Shown piece by piece: positions 4,921-4,978 of a stretch of 4,978 nucleotides of DNA. Source of the DNA: a virus. Taxonomy: Duplodnaviria > Heunggongvirae > Uroviricota > Caudoviricetes. Each line of letters opens with the position of its first letter. Position 1 is the first letter of the stretch. The position numbers and the translations under genes were made by a program. The stretch is taken from IMG/VR virus record IMGVR_UViG_2671180417_000017, positions 1 through 4,978 of that record; one strand, given 5' to 3'. The notes under the pieces were generated by a model. That model was not told the DNA's origin, searched no databases, and was given only the letters and a program-made list of their open reading frames with translations.

Positions 4921-4941
4921 ACCGCGCTGGCGGTTTTTTTA
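4921..4941 (+). terminator. putative rho-independent terminator (ACCGC GCTG GCGGT, then T7)
   Basis: Short GC-rich hairpin followed by TTTTTTT 4934-4940, about 75 nt downstream of the putative promoter. Confidence 0.5.
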
Positions 4942-4978
4942 TGCGCTAAGCACAGTCACATTCGCGATTTATGGCGGG

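Noticed and set aside
4866-4933. tRNA-like element (terminal pairing GCGCCAG / CTGGCGG resembling an acceptor stem)
   Set aside because: Only about 68 nt, no recognisable D, anticodon or T arms (no TTCGAAT-type T-loop), no CCA; more consistent with an sRNA or attenuator.
1-4978. CRISPR arrays, IS elements / transposase genes, integrase or att sites
   Set aside because: No regularly spaced direct repeats, no transposase- or integrase-like ORFs, and no terminal inverted repeats were seen. Prophage ends are not in this window.

Overview
This window looks like the early-right / nin-like accessory region of a lambdoid prophage from an Enterobacteriaceae host (E. coli-like). Everything from 1 to 4032 is on the + strand and tightly packed, with coupled or overlapping starts: a 5'-truncated DnaC-like helicase loader, three conserved hypothetical phage proteins (one with a DUF551-like C-terminus ending WMPLPEPP), and two tiny single-TM peptides missed by the ORF track. 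Three toxin-antitoxin modules of three different kinds then sit within about 2 kb: (i) a hok/mok/sok-type type I locus whose mRNA 5' and 3' ends are visibly complementary; (ii) a Doc/Fic-family toxin (HPFANANKR motif) preceded by a small ORF unlike Phd, the pair bracketed by two identical 20-bp terminator hairpins; (iii) on the - strand, an intact HTH-XRE antitoxin preceded by a RelE/ParE-like toxin broken by a 1-nt frameshift in an A-run. The window ends with a divergent promoter region carrying a perfect palindrome, then a promoter, three hairpins and an intrinsic terminator that may be a small RNA or attenuated leader. I found no rRNA, tRNA, CRISPR array or IS element. All family assignments are motif recognition by eye; no database search or folding program was run, and promoter and sRNA calls are tentative.
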